Below are positions 1 to 13,340 of a DNA stretch of 64,000 nt, piece by piece. Each line of letters starts with the position of its first letter. The stretch's first letter is position 1. A model generated the notes under the pieces. The model was given only the letters and a program-made list of their open reading frames with translations. It was not told the origin of the DNA and did no database searches. Origin of the DNA: the human T2T-CHM13v2.0 reference genome, Homo sapiens; assembly GCF_009914755.1 (NCBI RefSeq), contig NC_060928.1; one strand, 5' to 3'. Made by a program: the position numbers and the translations under genes.

Positions 1-46
1 TATAACTTTTTGGAAGGTAAATAGTGGTGGACAATTTAGCTCATAA

Positions 47-1497
47 TGTTAGTGGCAGTAAATCTGTATCTGAATGGGTCTAGAGCAGTCTGAATTCTTG
101 CCTCCTCAGAAGAAAGACTTTGATTGAGGGGCATAATGTAGAAGGAGAGACCAAGGTAGGTTTTACAGCAGGAGTGAAAGTTGATTAAAAAGTGTTAGAG
201 CAGGAATAAAAGGAAGTGAAGTACAACTGGAAGAGGGTCAAGTGGGTGAAGGGTTTGAGATCCCTTCTTCCCTGATTATTCCCTTGGGTTGGGCTGTCCA
301 CATGCACAGTGGCCTGCTAGCCCTTGGGAGGGGAGCATGCGCAGCGTGTTTACTGGAGTAGCATGCATGCTCACTTGAGGCATTCTTCCCTTAACAGTCG
401 AATGTCTCTAGGAGGTTATGCTCCAGTTAAAATCTGCCATTTTGACTCTTAATGCATAAACTTGAACCCACTCACCCAACTGCTGAGAGCTTATCTGGAA
501 GCTGATGCTCACCAGTTTCAGGTGTTTCTGGTTACTGGGAGACTGCCTTTCTCTGGCACTGGCTGGGTCCAGTTATTCTTTTAGAGATGGATATGGACAG
601 GAGACAGGGAAATATTGGGTAGAAGAGGGTGGTTCCCCATCAAAGGCCCCACCCTCAAGCCTGGTTACCCGCGGCCCTAAGCGAGAACAGGCATTTCTGC
701 TTTTGTGCCCAAAAAGTTGCCTTTGGGTCCATGGTGCTCCCTATCCTGTACCCATATAAACCCTGAACCCCAGGCTCCAGAAGCAGGAGACGAACAGTCA
801 AATGGCAGAACTGAGCAGCAGAGAAGGAGAGAAGAGAAGGAGCAACTGAATGCTGAGAGGAGTTTGGCTAGGGATGATCAGAGAGGAGATCAGCCACCGG
901 ATGGTCAAACTCCAGGGAAGATCATCTGCCCACCCCAGCCCCCTTCCGGCTCCACATCCATCCTGCTGAGAGCCACCTCCATCACTCAATAAAACCCCTG
1001 CACTCATCCTTCAAGTCCATGTGTGACCCAATTCTTCCAGGATGCTGGACAAGAGCTCGAGATACAGAAAGCTGTCACACTGGCCCTCTGCCCTTGCAAA
1101 AAGGCAGAGGGGTCCACTGAGCTGGTTAACACTTAAGCCATCCATAGACAGCAAGGCTAAAAGAGCGCACTGTAACATACGCCCACTTGGGCTCTGGGAG
1201 TCACAGGTTCCCAACCCTGGATGCTGCCGTGGGGCCGAAGCCCAGCACCCCTTCCCCTGCACCTGTCTGTCTGCATGCGCCCCCTCCCTTAAGGGGTTTG
1301 AGTAGCAGCGGTGACCAAACAGACGAGCCACACCGTGTTGCATGTCCTGTTAGGGAGGTCAGGGAACTCTTCCATTTCAGAGAGATAGTTTAACAACAGC
1401 CTGACCATCACCTGATGGTCGCCTGACATTCCTGGGGGATGTCGGGGAGAGGGGCTCTCCTGCCCTGTTCATGTCTGACTAGCTACCTTCTGTAAAA
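47..1497 (-). mobile_element. ERV1 solo LTR, MER50-like, interrupted by an LTR1 insertion
   Basis: The reverse complement of 1384-1497 (GTAGCTAGTCAGACATGAACAGGGCAGGAGAG...CAGGCGACCATCAGGTGATGGTCAGG) resembles the recalled MER50 5' end. TG at 47. A 4-bp TSD ATAA lies at 43-46 and 1498-1501. Confidence 0.75.
588..1379 (+). mobile_element. LTR1-family (HUERS-P2, ERV1) solo LTR nested in the MER50-like LTR
   Basis: TG...CA ends. The start GATATGGACAGGAGACAGGGAAATATTGGGTAGAAGAGGG matches the recalled LTR1 start. TATA-like CATATAAA near 753 and AATAAA near 988. A 4-bp TSD GAGA lies at 584-587 and 1380-1383. Confidence 0.8.
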
Positions 1498-1752
1498 ATA
1501 ACACCAAATTCTTCCAGAAAGTACCAACAGCTTTAACCTTAAATATAAAAAACTGTAAGATAACTCTCCTAGATGCAAAAACAGAAAAGAAATTGTGCTG
1601 TGAAGGAAGAAACATAGATATTTGGGCAAGCATTTAGAAATGCCTGTTACAGTATATACCTTTGAGTCATTTTGTATGTCACGCCAACCCTGCTATTGTA
1701 AAACCCTATGTAAAATCACCTATTTAGAATTGTTTTAAAATACTGAAGCTAG

Positions 1753-2066
<314 letters not shown>

Positions 2067-2793
2067 TCAAAGCCTGTATGTTTCCAGAGCCTGTGCTCTG
2101 GAAAAACCCTAGGCTTTGAAATGCAGATTATAATTAATTGCTTATCTACACTGGGTAGGAATTGTAAGACCTGAAGCACAGAAATCATTAAAAGGGGGTT
2201 ATTGCAGTGCATAGTTGGTCTTGTGCAATGCTATAATTAAGGAAAAGATATTGATGGTATGGAACATTAAATTGTAAAAGTATAAAAAGCTAATTTCAAA
2301 GATGTGAAAACTTCTGATCTGATAGGATCCCACTTTACTGGGACATAAGGTCACTCATACAGGACATTTCATGAGGGACTATGGAAGTACTGGTGAACCA
2401 CAGTTGCTTTGAAATTACATTTACTCTTTTTTCAAGCTTCATTATAAACTATATCCATTGTTTAAGCCAAGTAAAGGGGACTGGACATCTGTATGCAGTT
2501 TTCTAAGGGTTGTATTTCTACTAATTCATAACATGTCAAGGGGCTCTGGGCTTCCGTGGACACTCAAAATTTGCACACTTCTTCCAACGTGTAGAACAAT
2601 CATTATTCTCCCTAGGAAGATAATCCAAAGACCAGGTAGCTAATTTATAACTTTAAAATCCAGATTTTCTAGGTGATAAATTTTTCTCTCTATTATACTG
2701 GATGTAGCTTTTGTAAATAATAGAGATAATCTAAAACACAATTTTCTTTCCCTAAACATAACAATATTAAGTGAAAGGTAAAAAAAAATAGAA

Positions 2794-3376
2794 TGATAGC
2801 ATGAACCCCAAATATCTGAGACAGGTCTTAATTTAGAATGCTGATATTGCCAAGGTTAAGGACACACCCCTACAGCCTCAGGAGGTTCTGACAACATGTG
2901 TCCAAGGTAGCCAGGGTACAGCTTGCTTTTAAATATTTTAGGACATAATACATCAATCAGTACATGTAAGATTTACATTGGTTCAATCTGGAAGGGCAGG
3001 ACAACTCGAAAGGGGGTGGTGTTCCAGGTCATAGGTAAATTTAACCATATTCTGATTGGTAATTGGTTGAAAGAGTTATTATCAATAGAAAGGAATGTCT
3101 GGGTTAAGATAGGGATTGTGGAGACCTAGGTTTTATCAGGCAGATGAAGCCTTCAAGTTAGCAGGACTTAGAGAGAATAGACCGTAAATATTTCTTATTA
3201 GACTTAAGGTTTGTATTAACGTTCATGCTGTAGGGATGCAGTGAAGCATATCCAACCCCCACTTCCTGCCGTGGCCTGAACCAGTCTTTCAGGTTCAATT
3301 TTAGAGTGGGCTGGCAGAGGAAGAGGAAGTCCATTCAGATGGCTGTGGGTGCCTTCAAATTTTGTTTTTGCTTACA
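2794..3376 (-). mobile_element. MER4-family (MER4A/B-like) ERV1 solo LTR
   Basis: MER4 motifs CTCAGGAGGTTCTGACAACATGTGTCCAAGGT and TTCTGATTGGTAATTGGTTGAAAGAGTTATTATC. Ends ...TTTTTGCTTACA. Homologous to 58654-59080. Confidence 0.8.
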
Positions 3377-3962
3377 ATAAGAATTAGCATTAAAAGCCCT
3401 AAATCAGGCAGAAAGATAATAGAAAATATGTAATTGTCACTGGTCTAAAACAATTATTAAATCCCAGTAGATATAATAGTGAGGACCCTTTGCCATATTA
3501 AAATATTACATTTCTAGTGCTGATTTTTGGAGACATTGCCTTATCTATTATCTCCCACAGTTACTATTTCTGCCCTGCATGGGCTTCCTTGTCCATTTAA
3601 TCTATGGAAGTCTATGGTGAATCTTGAGAAAATATATTTCCTAACGGCTACTCGGCTTTCACAGCCAATTTTTTGTTGGAGTGATTTTGCAAAGCTGGAG
3701 ATGGTCTTCCATAAAAATGGTTACAGGTTGTTGACAATTCAGCAAGATATTTCTCAGGCAGTACAATTTTCTTAAAACCTGAGTTTGCAGTGTATTTTCT
3801 TTCAGTCAATCCCTGGTATGAACTTCCACAACCACATATCTTGTTTAGAAGTATCTTTAAGCCTGTGAGTTCTCCTATTTTAATAATGATTTCTCTGCTC
3901 TGAAAAATCCTAAAGGTTTTAGCTTAATTGTCAATGCTTTAAAGAAATTTAAAATATGTCTT

Positions 3963-4275
3963 ACAGTGGGTGTGGTGTCTCATCCCTGTAATACCAGCAC
4001 TTTGGGAGGCCAAAGCAGGTGGCTCACTGGAGGTCAGGAGTTCAAGACTAGCCTGACCAACATGGTAAAACCCTGCCTCTACTGAAAATACAAAAATTAG
4101 CCAAGTGTGGTAGCACATGCCTGTAACCTCAGCTACTTAGAAGGCTGAGGCAGGAGAATTGCTTGAACCCAGGTGGCAGAGTTTGCAGGGAGCCGAGATC
4201 ATGCTACTGTAATCCAGCCTGGGCAACAGAGCTAGACTCTGTCTTAAATAAATAAATAAATAAAAATAATAAAAA
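3963..4275 (+). mobile_element. AluS (Sx-like) with (AAAT)n tail
   Basis: Dimeric Alu with central A-rich linker and decayed CpGs. Confidence 0.9.
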
Positions 4276-4490
4276 CCTAAAAGGCTTAAGTTATGAAGGC
4301 AATCTTTTTCACCAGCAAGCAGGCAATTACTGGCCTCTCAATAGCAGACAACTCTTAAGGGGAGATTTTGAAAAGGCCCATGGCAAGAGACTTTTATCCT
4401 TCTAAGGTTATCGTCTTACAGAAATTATAATAATTAGATAACATTTCATCTGGAGTAAAGGAGCAGTTTTTTTTAATCCTTCAAGTTGAC

Positions 4491-4561
4491 CCTCAGTCAA
4501 ATAAACTTGAAGACAGCAGAGATGATCCTCAGTCAAATAAACTTGAAGACAGCAGAGATGA
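4491..4561. repeat. Tandem duplication, 36-bp unit x2
   Basis: CCTCAGTCAAATAAACTTGAAGACAGCAGAGATGA occurs identically at 4491 and 4527. Confidence 0.95.
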
Positions 4562-7298
4562 AATATTTTTTTCACCTCTGCTTGCACATTGTCTATATCG
4601 GGCCTGTGTTCATCCTCCAATATTCAGAGCCACACTGAAAGCAAAACATGCCAATACCCCCAATGTTTATTTTCTTCCCATTTATACTAACCATATTGTT
4701 ATTAGTCAGCTCTTTCCCAAGATACAAAATTTAACATTTAGACCAAATGTTTTGTTGTAGCATCACAAAGGTCACCAGCTTTCCAGACCCCAGTATTTAT
4801 ATCCTTATGGCCCATAGTGAAGTTCTTTCCTTCAGCCAATGTCACAGTTTTCTTATTTTATTTTTCACAGCATCCCACTTCCATATAACAAATTCTGTAT
4901 TAATTTTTATTTAGCTGAATATGATAAAATCAGATTAAAATTCTAGAAATAAAAGTGTTAGTTCCATTTTTTATTAGCACTATTGTCACTTTCTTTGCAC
5001 TTGTCTATTTTGAATATATTTGTTTAATTAATAATACATACTAGAACCTAAAAACACCTATCCAAATGTGCTTTAAAAATAATACATAAGCATAGGCTAA
5101 AAATGAATAATGGAGCAAAGCTATCTTCCTAATCCCCCAAGTTTTTGGATCTCTCACTTTTCTTCACATGAGCAGGTTAAGAATGTCTGACAAATGGAAT
5201 AACTGAGAATACCAGTGTTGATTCATATATTCATAAATCATAATTCATTTTACCTTTAAGATAAAAATTAGTAGAGGTTTTATTTCCTTCCTTAACTATA
5301 CAGATGGCAGTGTTCAATCCTTGGTGCATATTTACTCAATGTTTTGCACAAAACAAATATTTCGTATTTTTCTATTTTTTAAATGCAAGGATTGTAGTCA
5401 GATGGCAAATTTGGTTATATTTTGTATAACAAGTAGTTTAACGTTGCAAAAAACCCATCAGGAATTTTCTGATTAATAAAATTGGTGAAGATGCAAACAT
5501 ACTTAAGACAGCTAATTTCTTTTTGTTTGTAAACAAAAACAACACTATAAATTTTAAGGGGTCTCTTTTATACATTTGAATATTAAGGGCTAATAAATAA
5601 CATTCATTTCTTTCTTTTGAAAAATTATGATTAATTGATAACTAAGACACAGAAAAAAGAAAAATCAAGCTCAGAAAAGAAAAATACCAAATACTTTCAT
5701 GAACACCAACTGGAGACTGTAGCTTTAAATCTGTGGCTGAATGTGCTCACCCGTTGTACTCAGCCTCCCTTTGTGGAGATTGGTGTGGCCCACCCAGGAG
5801 AATATTTGATGCTTCTCTATAGACCTGTATTGAGTATATCTTTCTCATAATGTCTGGGGAAGAAATGGAGAGAGAAATGACACCCCAGTGACTAACAATT
5901 TACAGATGTTTTTGTTTGTTTGTTTTTTGTTTTTATTCCTACTCAATTAATATGGGAGCAAATGACTATCACCCACCAATCAGATAACTCATTTTTTTTT
6001 CCTCTGTAAGGAGAAGTGAGAGATGTGGGTCACATGGAGTAGGTCAGAAAGTTAGAAAAGTTGACCTCTGGGCAGATTCCTCCACAGAGAGAAACATGAG
6101 GTTAGAGGATCAGTCCACATATTGAGAACCATTTTCCTTACGTAAGCCGCCAACACCCATTATTTAAGGATTTTTACTGTTTCATTTTAAAACTATATTA
6201 TCTCCTCTTTGAATGTCTAAAGTTATTAAAATGATGCAAAGTTATTAACATTAGGAAGAACTAAGTGTGCTTCTTTCATTAATAACTAATGGTAATGAAC
6301 TTCAGCAAAACCATAGAACTACTTTAATCTTTACATTTTCATAGCACTAATGTAAATGTTAATGTAAATTCTATCCATGAAACCCACATCAATTTTATCA
6401 ACAGTCGGCAGTACATGTAATCAGAATAAACTCTAAAACCTTATAAATTCAAAAACCATTTCTCTATTTTTGCTTCTGCAAAGCGAAGCACTTATTTTTA
6501 CCCAATGAATAATCTTACAGTAAACCAAGGATTTACCTCTGTAAAACTTATCTACATTGTTTCTTTATGGGCTAGAATTAGAAGTTACAAAATAGAAAAT
6601 GAGAACAAAGCTTATCTCTTTACAAATTCACTTCATTTGTGCCACTGTGGATTTGCTCTCTCACTTTCCCTAAGCCAACAATCTAGAAAGGTAAGGCCAG
6701 TGGTAATAAGCAATTATAAGCAAATGTATTCTCTACTCCTAAACTGAGCAGAGCTGAGGCAGAAAATTTAGTTTCCCTTGTGAGAAGTCATGATTTCTAT
6801 CAGTGCACAAGGGAGTGAAAAAGTTTTAAGCTGCTGTTACTTGAGATATTTACTTGTTTAAAGCTTACAAATTGAAAATCCTTGATATGTTAATATTTAG
6901 GATACACCTTTTTAAAATGAAAGAGAGGTAAGTGGGGTTATTCGTGATTTCCTACAAGGTCCTCATCATATCTTAAGAATTTCCATTTACAAATATAATT
7001 TTTTATATCCCTTTACCAATTTTCTAAATTTATTACTGAGTATAAATCCAGGACGAACTGAATTCGGTTTTCAAGTCATATTTTAAACAGTCTGTCAAAC
7101 CTTTTTGAAACATTTGTCAACCATTTTGAAGCAATTTTTTAAAACTTAATATCAAGACAGACTGACTTTTATTATTTTTATCAATATTTTGTGATTCTTG
7201 ACAAACTAATGATATTTGCTTTCTATAGTAGATTTCTTCAAAATCCTTTCTTTTTGTTCATCCTTCATCCCTCAATATTACACTGACTTGCTCATTTC

Positions 7299-7331
7299 TG
7301 TCTCTCTCTGTGTGTGTGTGTGTGTATGTGT
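7299..7331. repeat. (TC)n(TG)n microsatellite
   Basis: Read directly from the sequence. Confidence 0.85.
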
Positions 7332-7959
7332 CTGATACGTAGCCCTAAGGATTGAAACATGTCAGAAAAGTATCTGCTATACATTTTCCTCCACTTTGCT
7401 TCTTCCTAGGGTCATTTTAGAAATCATTAAAAAATTCGCTATTAATTTTGAAGGATCCTGATGTTTAATGCTATTCAGGAACAAAGAAAAATCTAAGGCT
7501 GTGTGTTATATTATTTATACTCAAAACTCTTCCCACTAGAATACCAAAGTAGAGTGATTAATAATGGAATGTTATTAAATATTATAAACTTATTTACCAT
7601 AGAAACTCTTCAACATTTGAACAGTTTTCCCTGTATTCATAGAATAGGATATAGGACATATAGGGAAAATAGGAAACATATTGTAAAACATTATAAATGT
7701 GAAAGTAGAAAATACTCCATTCTTGAAAGAAAACAAGATAGCTAAATATTTTTCTAACAACAGAGCTATAATACAGATGGTAAAATCAAAGTAAATATTT
7801 CTTTTCAATAAATCACTTCAAAGCACTCAAAGGAGGAATGACAGAAGTTACAGAGTACAGACTCCCAGCCTGGATGTTATTCACTGAAAATAATTTGTTT
7901 CTCTAATGGGGGAAGGAACTGAGAGTTTCACCTTTCACTTATCTCAAAGAGCGTTTTCT

Positions 7960-8254
7960 GGCTGGGGTGTGGTGGTTCATGCCTGTAATCCCAGCACTTT
8001 CAGAGGCTGAGTCGAGAGGATCACTTGAGCCCAGGCGTTTGAGACCAACCTGGGCAGCATGGCAAAACCCCATCTCTACAAAAAATACAAAAATTAGCTG
8101 GGTGTGGTGGCACTTTCCTGTAGTCCCAGCTTCTCAGGAGGCAGAGGTGGGAGGATTGCTTGAACCTGGGAGGCAGAGGTTTCAGTGAGTTGAGATTGTG
8201 CCACTGCACTCCAACCTGGGCGACTGGGCAAGACTTTGTCTAAAAAAAAAAAAA
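7960..8254 (+). mobile_element. AluJ (Jb-like)
   Basis: GGATCACTTGAGCCCAGG and GGAGGATTGCTTGA are J-type motifs. Poly(A) tail present. Confidence 0.88.
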
Positions 8255-9497
8255 TTATATCCCTGCCCTTTTTCTTTAAAATGACTGATTTCCTGTTTTT
8301 GTTTTTGTTTTATTCAATCAAGAACTGGCACTGTTTTGTGCATATATCTTTGTATGGATGGACTGGACAGCTATGCTTACTAATTCTTTTTTTTTTTTTT
8401 TGGTAGGTTTAAAAGGTATATCACAGCAGCAAGAATAAACTGTGGTATTCCGCAGCATTCCTAGTTTCAAAGTTCTTAACTCTCTTTTTTATTCCAATAC
8501 ATCTGAAGCATATGATTTGCCCCCTTAGCAACAGTAGTGACACATTTCAGCAGGACAGCAGAGTCAACTTCAGGACAAACTCTTCTAGAAGGCAATTGCC
8601 AAGTATGAGGCTGATAGTGGCAGTGGAGAGCCTCAAATTTTGATAAAATCCCTTCAAGAACTTTCACAAATCATTGTCCAATGTCATTTCAATGAGCTAA
8701 TTTGATTACTAAAGAACTTATTGCGCATTCAGGAAAGCCTACAGTAGAGGTTTGACTTATCCCTGTTTTCTGGTTAGTTTGTCATGTTAAGTCCTTCATA
8801 TATTGTATTCTTTGCTCAGGGATTACAGTTGAAAATGCAAGTTAAGAAAAGAAGAAAGTAAATAGTATGAAGGGTTTAAAATTAAAATAACACTAGAGAA
8901 AAATTACTAATAGGAATCAGGTGTAACTCCTGAGTGCTGGCCGTTTAGAATTCTTATGTTGTATAGTATATTGTTCAAATCCTTGTAATCATTAGTTTGT
9001 CTATATCAGTAGGCTGTTTTGTGTTTTATAAATCACAAGTATATTTGTATCAATATTGGGAAACTACTGACTTGAAATTATTAAGTATTGCAATGCAGAC
9101 ATTAACTTTGCTTCCTCTGACTCATTATGGTCTTGTAGATTATATAGCTAGCTGCTAAATGTCATGACAGTAAAGCATCATCCTTCTGTAAACATAGTTG
9201 TTTGGAACAAAGGTAAACATCTGATCGGTGCTGGGCTGAAGAACCACTTCTTCAGGAAGGTCAGAATAAGAGATGAAATATTCCAGCCCATTTTTCTAGT
9301 TTTCTATCCTAGGAGGTTTAAATGAATGGCATGTGAACATTAGGATTTTAAATCTAGGACTGACAAAAGAGATTTCTCTTTGAATACCAATTGTATGGTT
9401 TCTTAGAGGCAGCCTTGAGGACTATACTGAAGAGTGTGGAGAGTTCTGTTTACTATTTCTAATCTAATCTTCTTAAATAAATATCACTGTTATTTCT

Positions 9498-9670
9498 AAT
9501 AACATCTAACATTTATTGTGCATTTACCGTGTACCAAGGTCTCCATTCTGTGCTTTACATTGTCTGTTCATTTGACTTTCACAGTCTGTACCTATTTATT
9601 TTCCTATTTTGAGAATGAATAAATTGATCTTTTAAAAGCTCAACGACATATATTTAGCAAGTAGCAAGGA
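9498..9670 (-). mobile_element. MIR fragment
   Basis: AACATTTATTGTGCATTTACCGTGTACCAAG...GCTTTACAT resembles the MIR 3' end in antisense. Confidence 0.55.
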
Positions 9671-9884
9671 AAATGAAAGATTATATAGTTTCAAAGGAAA
9701 GAGAAATTTACCAATTATAGGAAAACAATACTAATAACCAATAAAGAAGTCAAATTGTACACAGGATATTGGAGAAACTGATGCTGTTCTCTTGAAAACA
9801 CGAAAGTCATCGAATGAGCAGTATTGCTCAAAACCTTTTTTTTTTCCACAAATTGAACATGTGATCCCTAATCTTTTACCCTAG

Positions 9885-10565
<681 letters not shown>

Positions 10566-10869
10566 CATATCATTGTCATTGTATAAATATTAAGTTAATT
10601 AATCTAACTCTCACATATCATCCAAAGAAGGATGATGAGAATTGAGATTCAGCAAGTAAGCAGGACTCAGGTTATTAAGGAGATTTTAAGCAACCTTATT
10701 CAACAAATACATACTGTGTGCCTATTATATGCCACAGCAGCAAAAAAAGAAAAATTAGCTTAAAAGTGTGTGTTCTTATAGAGCATGTATTCTAATAGAT
10801 GACAGAGAGTAAAGAGAAAATAGGTGAAGTCAGTTCTACTACTTCTGAAAATGCATATTTTTTCTAAAG

Positions 10870-10892
10870 TCACACACACACACACACACCAC
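10870..10892. repeat. (CA)n microsatellite
   Basis: Read directly from the sequence. Confidence 0.9.
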
Positions 10893-10970
10893 ACCCGCAC
10901 GGCAAAAATTCGGAATAAAACTATGCATGTATCAAAGAAAGTCATTCCGTGCTGAAAGAACAGGAAGTGC

Positions 10971-12338
10971 GAAGAACTTCTCCTAACATGGATGTTATTA
11001 AAATCCAGTTCTTTTGCATTTTTGATAGCACAATTGATTATAAAGGAACTATTTTGCACTAAAGTAGGCGATTTCATTATGCGCAGTTAACGTTTTATAG
11101 AGATCTGATATGATTAAACGTAATGGAAAATGCCATCAGACTCACAATGTGAGTGTTATACTTTACCTGTGATACCTTCAGGTCCTGCCTATTGTACAAG
11201 TATAATTATTAGTGGTCTCTATTGCTTTCAAAAATGTTCAAGTTTGTACAAAAATTAAATGATTATACTTACCATTACAGTTTCCTAGTATGAAATCTCT
11301 CAAAGCCTTGTAGAATATGACTGACTTGCAGTGTTTCACCACTGAATAGTCTTTTATAACATAGAAAAACAACAAAGGAAGCAGAGAAAAATGTATAATT
11401 ATTACCAAAATAATGTGTTTTGAAAAAGTATCTACTATATGTTGAACTACACACACACACACACACACAAACATGTCCCGATGCAACTTCTGCTGCAACT
11501 GGGAAAACTGGACTTTATTTGGCAGCTTCAAGGGACAAGAGGAGCATTTATGGTACTGCATTTTGGGATGAATCATAAATGGTCGGATAAATAATAAATT
11601 GATCCAGAAATTCAGAAATTGAGTTTTGCTTTTTTTGCTTTATTCAGTGTTTCTCCCATGAATTGATTATCATAAACAGAACAGAAGAGGTGGCAAATTT
11701 ATGAACACTTCGTTGACTTACATTGGCTCACAAAAGTGGAAGAAAGAGCAGATTGTTGAAGTTAATCAGTGTTCAGGAAAATCACCAACATAAAACACAG
11801 GACCATAGGACATCCTTTTTGTACTACTAAAGTCCTTAGACATGGAGTTTATTCACCGCCATCATCTCAAAACCCTCCCGAATTCTACTGCAATTTGTCT
11901 CCCTAAGTACCTTCTCTCTGTTTCAAATGCTATTTACTTCCTCACATATTAATTGCATGAAAAAGTGCCTACCTAATTGGGACAACCAGATGTAATGCTA
12001 AGCAGTCTTTTCTCGGTTGAGATAGAGTCCCCACTTGCTTAGACTTATCCTGTGTCCTTTGGGGAATTCCCTTGTGTGGCTTCAAGAATGTAGTTTATTT
12101 ACAAATCTCAACTTCGTATCTGTCCTGTGTTTTGTATGTCTTTCATTTGGAGTGACGACTTGATTACTTTATATCCACCAATGAAGATATTCCCAAGTGT
12201 GGTAGATTATGTCTTTATGAAGCATTCACCACAAATGATGAAATCTGTTTTAGTGCACTATAGTTCCCTTCTAATCCACTGTGCTATAAAAATACAGAAG
12301 AAACAAGGTTTAATAACATGTATGTTAGAAAATTCTCC
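10971..12338. repeat. Diverged inverted repeat: arms ~10971-11103 and ~12211-12338
   Basis: Left arm reads CTAACATGGATGTTATTAAA..GATAGCACAATTGATTATAAAGGAACTATTTTGCACTAAA..GATTTCATTAT. The reverse complement of the right arm reads CTAACATACATGTTATTAAA..TATAGCACAGTGGATTAGAAGGGAACTATAGTGCACTAAA..GATTTCATCAT. Confidence 0.85.
11449..11469. repeat. (CA)n microsatellite
   Basis: Read directly from the sequence. Confidence 0.9.
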
Positions 12339-13119
12339 TATTTAATCTTGGTAAGCTCATTTTCTCTGCGATTTTCGATAAATATATTGGTAAGACAGGA
12401 GAAATAAAAATGTGTTATTTTTGTATAATATGAAGTTGTCACTAAAAACAGGCCTTCAATTTTGTGAAGGGAAAGAGAACTCATTAAAACAATAAAAGTA
12501 GAACAATTATTATCTCCAACAAGAATGTTCACACTGGCACTAATGCTTAGCCTACATACACTGAGAGAATTTATATGTGTGTGTGTTTATGCATAAAACC
12601 CTGTCCAAATGAGTATTTTTTTCTAAATTATAGTTTATAGTTCATGCAGTTTACTGTTAATTCTGATTAATCTTGACCAAAACACTTGAAAACTTATCAA
12701 TAATCTGGTAAGGCCAATATTGCATTCATTAGAATATTAGATTTATCTTCCAAAATCTTTTTTTATTTAGTTCAGTGATTTTTCAAGTTTCTGTTATTTG
12801 CATTTTATCTTCAAAAATGTTTTCATATACAATTTGAATGGGTACCACTAGTTTACTTAATGTTTTTCTTTTAATCAATCTTAAATGAACCAATTTTTCA
12901 TAAATTTATCCTAAATATTAACATCAATTTAGTCATTAGTATTTTGTACAAGTTATATCTTCCATGTATACATAAAATTAATGTGATTATTAAAATAAAT
13001 ATGATTATTAAAACTAAAGGGTTTCACCAATGTACTATGAAGAATTCTTTCATGTATCACTGAGAAAATAAAAGGGTTTTAGGAAATGTAACGAGTAATT
13101 ATGGATTGTTTTAGTTTTA

Positions 13120-13340
13120 GGACACGTGATGTTAAAATGATCCATCATCACTTCTGTGTAGCTGATTAGAAAGACATAAGATGATTCCTTTTAAATGAAA
13201 CACACTTACCATTTTAGTGAGTTCAAGGAAATACAATAGAATGTAAGATTATATTACTGTGACTCAGAAACCAACGAAGCACGTCCGCGCGTGATGTTTT
13301 TCACATTAAGAAAGCAAACGACATTAATGAGGTCAATAGA
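13120..13340. promoter_or_regulatory. Candidate enhancer/promoter (motif cluster with retained CpGs)
   Basis: E-box CACGTG at 13123-13128, AP-1 TGACTCA at 13260-13266, five CpGs within 13275-13291, and a TGAGGTCA half-site near 13328, all in non-repetitive DNA. Confidence 0.35.

Noticed and set aside
8386-8700. Poly(T) tract as the tail of an antisense processed pseudogene
   Set aside because: No polyA signal 15-30 nt from the tract, no TSD and no recognisable coding similarity.
12230-12310. AATGATGA as the C box of a C/D snoRNA
   Set aside because: No terminal CTGA D box at a suitable distance and no terminal stem. The motif is not kept in the other arm of the inverted repeat.
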